The notes below the pieces were generated by a model. The model had not been told where the DNA came from and did not search any database. It worked only from the letters and a program-made list of their open reading frames with translations. Positions 8,939 through 20,862 of a DNA stretch of 23,124 nt are shown here, one piece after another. The position numbers and the translations under genes were made by a program. The DNA comes from Halocafeteria seosinensis (lineage: Eukaryota). The DNA lies in contig LVLI01000101.1 in the NCBI GenBank assembly GCA_001687465.1, forward strand, positions 372,001-395,124. The letters are read 5' to 3'. How positions within the stretch are numbered: position 1 is the first letter of the stretch; every line of letters starts with the position of its first letter.

Positions 8939-10665
8939 ATGGCATACCAAGAGCCAGGTAAGTGTGTTTATATATCGGTGCAATATGTAAGAAAGAGTGG
9001 CATGAAATCAACGTGTATGGCAGGGTCTTTAGGAGCCATCGTGGCCAATTTCGGAGGATGTAATACCAAAATCGGATTCGCAGGGGACGATACACCTCAA
9101 GTCTATACACCTTCCGTACGTACCTGTGTGTGTAGAGAGAGACTGGATCATATTGATGTCCAGTATGACTGTGCTTGTCCTGATGACAGCATATTGGAGT
9201 TCGAGGGGACCACACTTCCTCGGGTCCCGAGGAGGATACCAAAGCCACAAGCAATGGTGCCCAGACGGCCAATCAGAAGTCCAAGCATAGAGATGACTCG
9301 TTCATCTTTGACATCATGAATCCGCATAGTGATGTGGAAATTACGTCGCCACTCAAACACGGAATTGTGGAGGACTGGGACATGATGGAGTCGGTGTTGG
9401 ACTATCACTTAAAGAACTCCCTGCAGGTAAATACTAAAGAGTATCCTTTCGTATTGGTGGAGCCAGCTTTGCAACCCAGAAAGCACAGGGAAAAATGGGC
9501 GCAGCTCCTGTTTGAAAAACAAGAAGTAGGTCGCTGCACTCAACTGTCAATTGATGTCCCTTCCTTCGGCTGACTGACTTTTACGCCCGTAACTACAGAG
9601 CCCTGGTGTTTTCATGGGCAAAGAAGGTGTATTAGCGTTGTACAGCGTAGGCAAAGTTTCCGGTATCTCTCTGGATATGGGACATTCGTCATGCACGCTG
9701 ACACCAGTTCATGATGGGTACGCATTAATGATGGGTGTGCGACGTAACCCTATAGGAGGGGAAACTATGGATATGTACTTTCGGAGATCTTTGGAGAGGA
9801 AGAAAACTAAAGTATATCCGTCGTTCATGGTAGAAAAAGATGATGTTATGAAACAGCGAGCTCAAGATCGCAGTGAACTCGCTGCGGGTAACGTCGGTGT
9901 CCAACAGAGGAACGTCTTCAATCAACAGAACAAACTACCCGGAGGAGGAAAACTGAAAGAAATACCAGGCATACGGGACAGTTTTATTGATTTCCATGTT
10001 ATGGTAAGAGAGAGTGTGAAGGCGTTCAATTGATTCCTCTTGAGTTGTTATCATTCGTTGAGTCCCACAGGAAATCCTGCGGGACGTACGCAAGTCTACG
10101 TTCCTTCTTTCGGAAGAGCCGCTGGAAGAGCGCTCTTTATCCAACATCCCTAACATTCCGTACGCCTTACCGGATGGTCAAGTTCTACAAGTAGATGCCG
10201 ACCGATTTGTCACTCCAGAGCTGCTGTTCTCTCCGAACCCAGTGACGGTATGTACTAGATCAATGCTCACTGCGACGTTCATATTAATGGACATTCTTCT
10301 TTTCTTTGCAATGAGTCGTTTGGCAGGATATGGTGCCTGGCTGCGTTCCCATTACCCAATCCATCGTGGATGCTGGAGTGACGATTGACCCCGCTGTCAG
10401 GCCAGATATCGCCTCGCTAATTGTGGTCCACGGAGGCCTTAGTGGCCTTAATGGTTTGTCCCAGCGTCTTTCCAAAGAATTGAAGCACTCTCAAGCGTTA
10501 GGGACAAAACCGCGAGTATTAATGGCTGATCAGAACCATCGTCATATCTCTTCGTGGATTGGTGGGAGCATCCTCGGAAGTATGGCCGGATTTGATGATC
10601 TGTGGGTAACAAAGTCGGAATGGGAAGAGCAAGGAGAAAATATTATCCATCGCAAATGCCCATAA
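8939..10665 (+). CDS. ARP4: Nuclear actin-related protein, Arp4/ACTL6 (BAF53)-like, ~455 aa; exons 8939-8957, 9024-9115, 9190-9525, 9599-10003, 10071-10247, 10327-10665
   Basis: Actin-fold motifs TKIGFAGDDTP, SPLKHGIVEDWD, LDMGHS, YALPDGQ...RFVTPELLF and SWIGGSILGS are present. The C-terminus ...IHRKCP is typical of Arp4/ACTL6, and there are insertions relative to actin. Five frame-consistent GT-AG introns (66, 74, 73, 67, 79 nt). Confidence 0.85.
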
Positions 10666-11065
10666 GAAAAATAAACGAAGCGTGCGTTGCTCCGGGCCAC
10701 CTGATGTAACTAAGCATGCAGTCCAAAGTACCAGTATTTTGACGCCATGGATGTGACGCAGGCATAACAACATACCACCATGATGGATACATCCCTCCCT
10801 GATAATTTCAAACCCGTAAACATTTGAAAATAGATTCTAACGCAATTCGTATCACATACTTGCTTTTCCATCAACGCTGCGTTTCGTTAGGATATCTTCA
10901 TTCGTAACAAGACCAAAGTTAGCTTCCTCACTGAAATCCTCAGCTGCTTGATTGAATTTGGTTGATTCCCAGCTACGGCAGATACACCATGAGCGTTGGG
11001 ATTGTTAGTTGCTAATAAACTTAGGGCACGATTCTAGTAGTAACAAGTAGACTTCCAGACTCATA

Positions 11066-11619
11066 ATGGCGTATGCTCAGCCGAATGATCTATTGACCCG
11101 GAAGGGTCCTGAGGACAAGTATGAGTTCCATAGCTCAGATCATGCGTATTCGTGGCGGTATGGTCCCTTGCCCTCGGCTGTCCCGGGGCCCGATGTCACA
11201 GAGAAAGACAAGCAGGAGGTGGATACATTAGGCAAGTTTATCACGTCAGAACCGTATAAAGGGGTGATAGAGTCTCTGGCACACAATAGGCACATCTGCA
11301 TGCGGCAATATTGGGTCTATCATGCCTGTTCGAAGCGATACACGGACCATACAGCGCCTCAATTCTGCGCTGGAGCCTTATTCGAAATGGCGAAATGCAA
11401 GATGAAGTTGTACGTCTTTCACTCCTCTCACTATGGTGACGCTTTCTAGTTTATACTGCGTGTGTTTGTGCGTTTTGTAACAGAGCGAGGAAAGTGCAAC
11501 ATGAATGTCACAAGGAAGTCAAGAACTTGGCCCAATGCTACAGGAAGGAAGGAGCCGGGAATCGCTCAAAATGTTTTGATCAATACCTAGCGTTTGATAT
11601 GTGCACCGAAGACTTTTGA
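11066..11619 (+). CDS. NDUFA8: Mitochondrial intermembrane-space protein with four CX9C motifs (double CHCH), most like complex I subunit NDUFA8, 159 aa; exons 11066-11409, 11484-11619
   Basis: After removing a 74-nt intron the protein has C-MRQYWVYHA-C, PQF-C-AGALFEMAK-C, C-HKEVKNLAQ-C and C-FDQYLAFDM-C. The PxxC before the second motif and the terminal FDxC resemble NDUFA8. CHCHD5/Mix14 is the alternative four-CX9C family. Confidence 0.65.
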
Positions 11620-12171
11620 TCAGCTGATGATGTGCAATTCTCCATCATCAATTGTAGCGACGCCATGGACTAGTGCCACCTAGCTCCAGATCAACCTGGT
11701 GGATTTGTGCATACTGTGCAGCGATTTCATGGGCTGTACCTGTTTCATGCAGCGATTGGGAGTATCGCTACGTTGCGCTCACGCTGTTTGCGCTCTTTGG
11801 AATAAGGTTTATGCGAGGGGATGATTATCTCCCCTTCTACAGCAATGCGAACATTCTTAAACATTCACACCTTTCCTACACCATTTCTGTGTCAACCGTG
11901 TGCTAGTAGGGAATATCGTAGTGGATAGTTCACCAACGAAGCCTACTCAAAGATGAGCCGTATCTAGTGTGTCTTCGCAGCACCCAAACTTGCAACAAGG
12001 GGTGCAAGCGCGATGTTTTGGGGGTGCGATGCGTTTCGAACCGGCGATGGGCTCGATTCCTACTGATCACCATGGGCTACTCATGAAAGAAGTTTGTTTC
12101 AAGGGGATCGGCAGTCCTCTATACCATAGTACTTGTATGTTTCATTGATCAGTTACGCATTTTATACGAAC

Positions 12172-15100
12172 TCACCCAGTCCTATTAGTTCCCCGTCTCC
12201 TGCGTGTCACTGAGCCTCTTCGTCGCCCTCCTCTTGGTGATGGGGGCCCTGCCGGTTCCGCTGGTTGCTCATCTACCTCATTAGGAGAAGTTGTTGTTGG
12301 ATACAGATAACCATCATCTAGTGAATCCATTCCTAGAGCTTCTAGCATAGCACGTCGACCATGATGATGGTAGGCGCGAAACATTCTCGGGTAGAAACAT
12401 TGGTGAAATGTGAAGTGATTTGGAAACCGCCCAAGGAAGCCTAAGTTCCGTGTGAGTTTGCAAAGCCTAGATGCAAGTCTGTTTGTGGACCAGCATTGGC
12501 AGAGACATCCTGCAAGATTTCATGATTGGTGTTTGGATAACCTGGATGCCAGAGGCTCGGAAGCGGAGCTAAGGAACTCACCAAACAAGGACTTGTGGAT
12601 ACGGTTATATTCTTTTTCCCAAGCGTCGCGCTTCCAGAGATTCCTCGCATTGAAGTTAAACATATCTACTGCTCGCTCTAGGTCTACGCTTGTAGCGTTA
12701 TACTTCATGGCTGGTTGATAGCGCGGTTGAAGCAGATAGACAGTGCCCTCCTTGACCGTATGAGTGTGATCTTCGTCTGGTCGCTTCGGATAAACAACAT
12801 TGAATTTGAGACTCCACGGACGCAACGATTGCCTTCCAGGGAACGCATCCGGGTAGAACGGGTGAGCATCTTCGGGAAATGTTTTCTGGGATAGGTGGTA
12901 CAGGGCAGTTCTTATATCCGAAATCTGCAAGGAAACGTCGAACATGCATTTTAGGGTCGTCTCTTTATATAGATACTGCGAAGTAGAGGCTGTTGTGGTC
13001 TTACCGGCACGTTTCTGCCATCTTCAGTCACAGCCGTGTCATTCGGGACATGAAAGCTACATCCTAAGGTTTGTTCCGCACATGTAAGTGATTGCATTAT
13101 TTGCTCTTCCATTCCTTTCCCGTCTGCATCTTCCCCACCATATGCGATATAGATTTCGTCGCACCGGCGACAAAACAGGGGGATAACACCGACACTGCGG
13201 ACAAAGAGCGGAGATATAGTCTGAATACGGGAATGCTGTCCAATTTTTGAAACTTACGAATCTGTGTGTCCCCCATCGGAGAGATGCAATTGCGCGGGTA
13301 CCTCCTCTTGCTCGTTGCCATATCCAAGAAGTCCCTGGTGCTGTCGCCGCTCGTACATTTGCCGATACGTTAAAGCACCTCCGCGAGAATATGAAGACAA
13401 CCCGAGAACGTTTCGGAGCGCTCGCACGATTGCTATCTGAGACAATACGTGCAGCAGTATTCGTGAGAGTCTTGCTGACACTCCTTGGATCCCCAAAATG
13501 TGACGTGCGCCAGTAGAATTGAGGGCTCTGGAGGTAAGGGCAGCTAATACCGCAAGAACAAAGTAGAGTGCCGAGGCGCCCCACCCAATTGCCTGATTCA
13601 GCGATAGCAGGTGTTTACTGCAGTCGCATTTGAGCGTTTTGAACCAGTACAGGGAGCTTTCATTTGCTTCGAACAATAAGCCGCGGCATAGGAATGGGCC
13701 AAGCAGTATCAAAAAGACAGGTAGGGAGATCAACGTAGCTGCCCCCTTCAGAGGGAAGAATGATACTTCCTGTCCCAAAGAGATCCCGGTCAACGTCATG
13801 AATGTTCGAAGTATACGATTCAACGTGTGTTCGCCCATATCGGGAGCGACAACAGCCCCACTAATACCCATCGCTTCGGAACTGAACAAACCTCCGCTGT
13901 AACCTGTGAAACGTAATTGCTCTACTGGAGTTCCTAATGCTTCCCTTATTGCATTATAAACAGTTTGGTACGCTTCTGATGACGTTTTCTGAAGAATTCT
14001 GTAGAATGATGGAAAGCGCGTGTCCACTGGGTGATATCCATCTTGATCGGCGATTAAAAGACCTCTGTCACTTTCATAGCATTTGTAGTACACAAGATGA
14101 TCATTCTGCGGATCATCGAATGGACCATAGAGTATTAGCGCGCCCATGGCTGGGTTCGTGACCATTTTTTCGTTCCTGGGGACATAGAACAGTTTTATAC
14201 GTTTCCACAGATTGAATGTAAGACTACTGATGTAGTGAAATGCAACGCTCCGTCTTTGGCGATAACCGGCAGGGGAAACGGTAATACTTGAGCTTGCGTA
14301 TCTTAGCGGAGGGTCTCTGTTCGTTGCATGCTTGTCCAAAATGAGAGATCGAAAGCGTGCGGGAAGCAGCTTTAGGGTCTTTACAAGCCGCGGAGAACAG
14401 CTTCCAAAAAGATTCCACAGCAGCGATTTTGAAACGGATATATATCCCCCAGAGTCAGCAGAGAGATTCCCACGATTGAAAAAGGCTCGCTTAAGTCTCC
14501 ATTGGTAGAACTTTCCCATAAACTGCCGATGAACATCACGAAAGAATGCCATGAAGCCAGCGTAAATGAAGACACTCCAAAAAAGCAACCATCCCCACCA
14601 CTGTCGAGAGTATTTAAGGTGCAGTACCTTCGGAATCAAGGGGATGCCTGTCTCACAGTGTGCACCTGGAGGATTACCAACCTGTGCCACCTCTAAGAGC
14701 TCCGGGTCACACAGTCTGAGAGGCACAAACACTGCACCTGCTATAACACAGACCAGAACAAGTCCGAAGAAGTTGCGCTGCACTCTACTTCCAGAAGGAA
14801 GAATCACCAGCAAGAGTATTAGCAACCCTAAAACACATTTTTCCGCAACGTTCACTCGAAATCGAGCATCCTCCGTTAGTTTTAGACTCGCGACGACAGC
14901 GTTCACGAAGTTTGACGTAAGAAAACTTGGTACAGTAATCGAGAGCATTACACAAATACTCAAAAAATCCCGCACAAACCCTACCACTGGAGCTTTCTCC
15001 ACAGGGACGTGCCTGGGATTAAACCAATTGCATTTCCGTGCGATGCTGTTCACGGCAACCAATGATCCCGTTACGTAAAAAACCAAGTAAATCCACGTCC

Positions 15101-15979
15101 ATATTGGACCGGTGCCTAGGAGAAAATGAGCACCATCCACCAGCGGAGGCGATTGTGCCAGTAAATCCACGTTGAATACGGATACAACGAACTCTGTGTG
15201 CAAGACAAACACAGGAACAAATAGGGCAACAGTTAACGCAAATACTGCCAGGAAGGCAAGCAGTGTCAATGTCCACTCAGAAATTGCATAGAACAATCTC
15301 CAGGAGCAGGTGCAGTTTCTGTAATCGCTCATCAGGTATCCAACCTGCTAATCAACGGGCAACATAGTGACACTTCGGATATGAGAGGCTGAGCCTCTGA
15401 GGAAACGCCAGAGCTTATGCTTACGTTAACATGCATGTGCCTGACAAATTCGCGTGTCATATACAAGAGACTATACATAGCGTCACCATCGGGAGCGCGA
15501 TGACGGTAACGGTCATCATGTAGCTCGTTCAACCGTTTCAGCCATGACATGAAGGAAGCGGCAGTGTAGCCCCCTGCTCGGCACAAACGCATTAGAGATA
15601 AACCATTGGCTTTACTTGCCCAAGACTTACCACCTGAAACTGCGCTCATCAATACTTTGTCCACTCTGGGCATTTTTTCGAAGTGCCGGGCAACGTCGTC
15701 TCTTGGCGTAGCCCAATACTCGGAGACTTCTTCGCGGACATTGCCCCGATCTCCTTGACGATGATCCATAGGACTCCCATACAGCCGTTTCTCCACGAAC
15801 TCAGCCAAGACTCCAGAGGAGAAACTGGCACTGCGAATCCCACCACCTGTGAAGGCCAATCCAACCAAGTATTTTCCTTTATCGTCCTCGAGCGGATCTA
15901 CATAGCCAGTGCGGTTATCCGGGTAGCTGGGTAGGCGACCCAGTTCCTCGGTGTCATCTTGACGGTGATTGGACGACAT
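12172..15979 (-). CDS. Multi-pass membrane patatin/cPLA2-fold (FabD/lysophospholipase-like) phospholipase, paralog A, ~1151 aa; exons 15979-15631, 15573-15425, 15344-13258, 13194-13005, 12924-12582, 12509-12172
   Basis: Oxyanion loop GLAFTGGGIRSASFSSGVL, nucleophile elbow SAVSGGGY (after splicing), a hydrophobic TM block, FYQWRLKRAF, EAMGISGAVVAPDMG, catalytic LHLSDGGHTDSVGVIPLFCRRC and C-terminal FPNHFTFHQCFYPRMFRAY. Five frame-consistent introns (57, 80, 63, 80, 72 nt). Confidence 0.85.
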
Positions 15980-16704
15980 ATCTTTTTTCTAACGTTCTCC
16001 AAAAAACGAGAGCTCACCAGCTGGAGCAAATACAGCGGCGAGAACAGCGGACTTGGACTTTGCTGGGTATGGCAAAATGCTCTCACAGTTTTACCAGGGC
16101 TATAAATTGGACACACAGTGGCAAACTTAGTCTACCAGCGTCCTCAACAATGTGAGCATTGACCACCGTGGGAGTGTGTCAAATCTGGAATAGGGTACCG
16201 AATAATCACTCTTGAAGAACAATCCCCATGTTCTGAATATCCGATTATGCCGGATACGGCAGCTGGATCGCAACGGTAGCTGTGTACACAGGCACAGGGG
16301 ATGTTATAAAAAATGTGAGGCCCCGCGTCTCTGCCATAATCGATCTTTAGAAACGTAGTAGAGTCCCCGGACGATGCTGTTCTGTCCCCGGCTTTTCTGG
16401 TAATTCCAAGCGCCGCGATCAAGGGGCTGGCCAGCCTAGGGGGTCCAGTAACCGTGCTGCTAAATAACGCCGGGCCTGGGAACACACAAATAATAAAAAC
16501 AGTCAAGGGAGCTCGTGTGTGTCTCTGGACAAGGTCTCCACACTCAACGTACCACAAGTGCTTGTGTTCTATTTCAAACTACCACTACTGGTATCTTGGC
16601 AACGTTGTTGACACGCTGGAAGCCTCAGGGTTAATCCAGCAGACGTGCTTGGTGTACAAGGTATAAAATATTACAGTTTGCGCAGGTGCATTCAATCAAG
16701 TGAC

Positions 16705-19700
16705 TCAACTATTGCTATATGGCTTCCGTCTGCGTCTCGTGGAGGCACGCCGTCCAGAGGTCTTGGACCGAGAACGCTTGGACTTCGGAGACCCCGAAAA
16801 GGGGTCGTCCAGCGGATCCAGTCCTAGACCCAACGCTTCCAAGAAAGCCTGGCGGCCATGGTAGTGATACGCCCGATACATTCGTGGATAGAAACATTGG
16901 TTGAAGGTGAAATGGTTGGGGAATCTCCCTAGAAAGCCCAAATTCTTAGTCTTTTCGCAGCAGCTTCTAGCCAGACGATTGGTTGACCAGCATTGGCAGC
17001 ATACCCCTGTAGGATAGTAACTTGTTAAGCATGATAACAGTATGCGGAATTCAACTGCATAACTACAACCACATACCATAGAGTCCCTCATGAATTTCAT
17101 TGTACTCGCCATGCTCAGCATCTCGCCGCCATCGCTCCTCCCCTTGATAGTTCAGGGTGTCAACGGCTCGTTCCATGTCTATATGGTACATTTGGTTCCT
17201 CGTAACAGGCTGATACCGACTTTGAAGCAAGTAGACTATGCCCTCTTTGAAGCCTCGACCATCATTGATTTCTTCGGGTCGCCGCGGGTACACCACCTTG
17301 AATTTGAAACTCCACGGGCGTAGGGAGTTTCTACCACCTGGGATCAACTCCGGGAAAAAGGGATGAGCGTCCTCTGGAAACGTTCTTGTCCAGCGATGAT
17401 GTAGAGCATTTCGAATGTCCGATAGCTGCATTTAATCGAACTACAGCCACGTAAGTACCAATGAGAAAAGAGTATACGCTTGAATCGACGAAGACACTTA
17501 CGGGTACATCCTCTCCATTCCTGTTGGACACAGAGTCTCCAGGGACATAAAAGCTGCAACCAAGAGTTTCTTCTGCCTGCTTCAGAGTTGCCATGACTTG
17601 CTCATCCATTCCTTCTCCATCGGCACCTCCACCTCCGTAAGCAATATATATTTCGTCACATCGCCGACAGAAGAGTGGAAGCGCTCCGATTCTGGGCAAC
17701 AAAAGTGGTACACTATTGTAACGACCAATAGTTGAGCTTCCCTCTACAAGACTTACAGATCTGTATGACCGCCATCAGACAAATGGAGTTGCGCAGGAAC
17801 CTCGGGTTGCTCCTGCATTTCAGCGTCGTCGGCTCGCCTCTCCTCGTACATTTGTCGGTAGGTCAATGCGGATCCCCGTGATAGCGAATCGAGACCGAGG
17901 ACATTTCTCAGAGCACTTACAATCATGACCTGCGAGAGAGTCTGCATGAGAATCCGCCAAAGCCTAGTCATGGGTCCATTGTCAGGAACGACGTTGGTCG
18001 AGTTCAAGGCCCTGGATGTAAATGCAACTAGCAACGCAAGCAATATATACAAAATGCTCGCCGAGAAGGCGACGGACTGGTCCTGAGAAAACAAATTTCC
18101 GTGGGTTTCACATGGCAGCGAATCGTACCAGGAAAGAGCTTCAGGAGAACCGATAAATTGGAGACCACGACAGAGGAACGGATTGAGGATCAATGCAAAG
18201 ACGGGTAGCGAAATGAGCGTAGCCACCACCTTTAGTGGAAAAAAGGAAACTTCTTGTCCCAACGATATTCCAGTCATCGTTAGTATCGTCCGACCCATTC
18301 GGTTGAGTGCATGGTCACCCATGTCTGGAGCGATAACCGCGCCGCTAATTCCCATTGCCTCCGAACAAAGAAGCCCGTCCGAGTACTGTGGCCTTGGAGG
18401 ATGAGGCTGCCATCCCAGTGCTTCTCGAAACGTGTGATACACGTATTCAGTAGTGCATGTTCTTTGACGAATGCGGTAGTACTCTGGAAAACGCGAGTCA
18501 ATTGGATGATATCCATCATGGTCGGCGACAAGCAATCCGCTGTTTTGTTCGTAGCTCTTATAGTAGACTTGATTTGGGGACTGAGGATCGTCGAATGGTC
18601 CGTAGAGCTTGATGGCACCCATAATGCGATCCGAAGCGTTCTGACGAGGGACATAGAACAGCTTAATGCGCTTCCACAAATTGAATGTAAAACTAGTAAT
18701 GTACTGGAAGCTAATTGTTCGGGCATTAGCGTCTCCGGCAGGAACGATTTCAACACTCTGAGAAGCACAGCCTAGGGGTGGGTCCCGAATCTCGGAATCC
18801 TCCTCCGGAATCCCTGTTATTCGACGGCATAGAGGTTTAACTAACTTCGACCATCTCGGTGGACAGCTTCCATTCAGGTTCCAGTGCAGAGATTTCAGTA
18901 ACGATGAACGCCCCAAGTCATCAGGCGAGGCATTCCCGCGATTGAAGAATGCCCGCTTTAGCCGCCATTGATAGAATTTCCCCATGAAGCTCCTATGGAT
19001 ATTGCGAAACAATGACATGAATCCAACGAATATCAGTACACTCCAATTAAGCAAGAGTCCCCACCACTCTTTTGAGTATTGGAGGAACAATACTCGCGGT
19101 ATCAACGGAACTCCAGGATCGCATCGAGACCCAGGAGGATTCTCAACTCTAGCGACATGAAGCAGTTCTGGATCACAAAGTCTAAGAGGAACGAGAACAG
19201 ATCCTGCCACAGCACATACCAAAAGAAGCCCGAGGAAATTGCGCTGTACTCGATTGCTAGAAGGCAACGTTACAAGCAGTAGTAACATGAGCCCCAGCAT
19301 CACTTTCTCCGCAAGATGCACACGAAAGCGCGCATGTTCCGTCAAGGAAAGGCTCATAATGATAGCATTTACAAAATTTGCGGTAAGGATAGCCGGGACT
19401 GTAGTGAATAGCATCGTAAAAATACTGCTAAAATCTCCGATGAAACCTAGGACAGTAACCTTCTCTGTAGGTTGCTTCCTTGGGTTGGTTATCCTTCGTA
19501 TAACGGAATTTATTCCCGCCATTCCTAGGGTTGCGCACACAAGATAAATCCATGTCCAAATAGGCCCCATGCCTAAGGACCGATGCTGCGCTCTCCCAGG
19601 AGGGGGAGAGTCAGTTAGGAGGTCAACTCCGAACATCGCAACGACGTATTCCGTGTGCACAACAAAAATCGGCACGTATAAAATGAACGTGAGACCCAGC

Positions 19701-20477
19701 AGCAGAGCAAACGAGCCAAAGAAAAGAAGGTACTCAAAAACTGCGTAAACGAATCTCCATGAACAAACACAGTTTCTGTAGTCAGCCATACTGTATCCTA
19801 CCTGTATGTGCATGAGGGAAACAGGTGCGAGTTTCCAATGTAGGTTGGGCCCGAAAACACTTTAATACTTACATGGATGTGCATATGGCGTATAAACTCT
19901 CTAGTTGTGTACAAGAGGTTTTGCATAGCCGGGCGATCGGGCTCATCCCGTGTTCGGCTTTCTTCGATTTGCTGGAGACGTTTCAACCAAGAAACGAAGG
20001 CAGCAGCTGTGTAACCTCCTGCGTAACCATGGCAAATAAGAGAAAACAGTGGAATAAGGGTGGGTCCGCTGTGCACAGTCTCAATAGAATCCTTCCCATA
20101 CCTCCAGACACAGCACTCATAAGGACTTTGTCCACTCGGGGAAATACATTCTCGTTGGACAGACGTTCCGCAACAGCTTGCCTGGAAGTTGCGGCCTCTT
20201 GGGATATTTCACCCCGTTGATTCCCAGTGTCGTCGCCATCATGGTCCAGTGGACTTCTGTAAAGTCTTTTTTCAATGAACTCAGCCAAGACACCTGAGCT
20301 AAAACTTGCACTCCGGATTCCACCCCCTGTGAAGGCGAGACCCACAGTGTAGGGATCCCTTGCCGAGCGCTCACCCTCTACCGCATCCTCCGTTGATTCG
20401 ACAGGGGACTCATTCCGCTGATGACGCTGTCGACGTTGGCGAGGAGTCCGGGAGCGCGTTCTCCTCGCGGCGGACAT
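16705..20477 (-). CDS. Multi-pass membrane patatin/cPLA2-fold phospholipase, paralog B, ~1135 aa; exons 20477-20102, 20018-19873, 19801-17757, 17691-17502, 17425-17077, 17006-16705
   Basis: Same motif series as paralog A (GLAFTGGGIRSASFSSGVL, SAVSGGGY, FYQWRLKRAF, EAMGISGAVIAPDMG, LHLSDGGHTDLIGALPLFCRRC, FPNHFTFNQCFYPRMYRAY). Five introns (83, 71, 65, 76, 70 nt) sit at homologous positions and phases. Confidence 0.85.
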
Positions 20478-20862
20478 ATCTTGAAGACCCTCGGAAACTT
20501 AGGTAACGGAACGCAATTGGGAAAAACACAAAAGCTGCGCGCAGAATATCCTCGTACCGCGCAAAGCGTTGTTGTGACAGCTTGCCTGTGCCGGTTGTAA
20601 TGGATACGCCAGTGCCCTACACCGTTTGTACCGCTTGTCCCAATTCGGAAGCAATCGCAGGCAATTGGAACCCGGACATGGCCTTGTTCGGTTAGAGAGG
20701 ACAAACCTTTATGCACAGGACGCACTTGAAGGAGCGCGCGCGCGGCGACCCCAGCGGAGTAGCTACGTTGCGATCTGCCGGGGATCCGGTCACCCAAGCA
20801 AGAAGCAAGGATATAAATGGATTGTTGCAGATTTCAAGTGTCGTAGAACCAGTCCGGAGACC

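Noticed and set aside
9116..9163. Shorter 48-nt ARP4 intron 2 (acceptor at 9163)
   Set aside because: It leads to a stop at 9319. The acceptor at 9189 restores the frame and gives the actin-like PSHIG.
11673..11906. 77-aa hydrophobic ORF
   Set aside because: It starts at GTG, has no motif, and lies in the probable 3' UTR region between convergent genes.
12020..12075. tRNA gene or SECIS element
   Set aside because: There are no proper D and anticodon arms, no SECIS core, and no in-frame UGA in the neighbouring gene models.
16144..16666. ORFs in the spacer between the phospholipase paralogs
   Set aside because: They have non-ATG starts, no motifs and no counterpart beside the other paralog, so I treated them as UTR/promoter sequence.
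20626..20862. 79-codon N-terminal extension of the 510-aa ORF
   Set aside because: It begins at TTG. In a eukaryote the first in-frame ATG (20863), which gives a presequence-like N-terminus, is more plausible.
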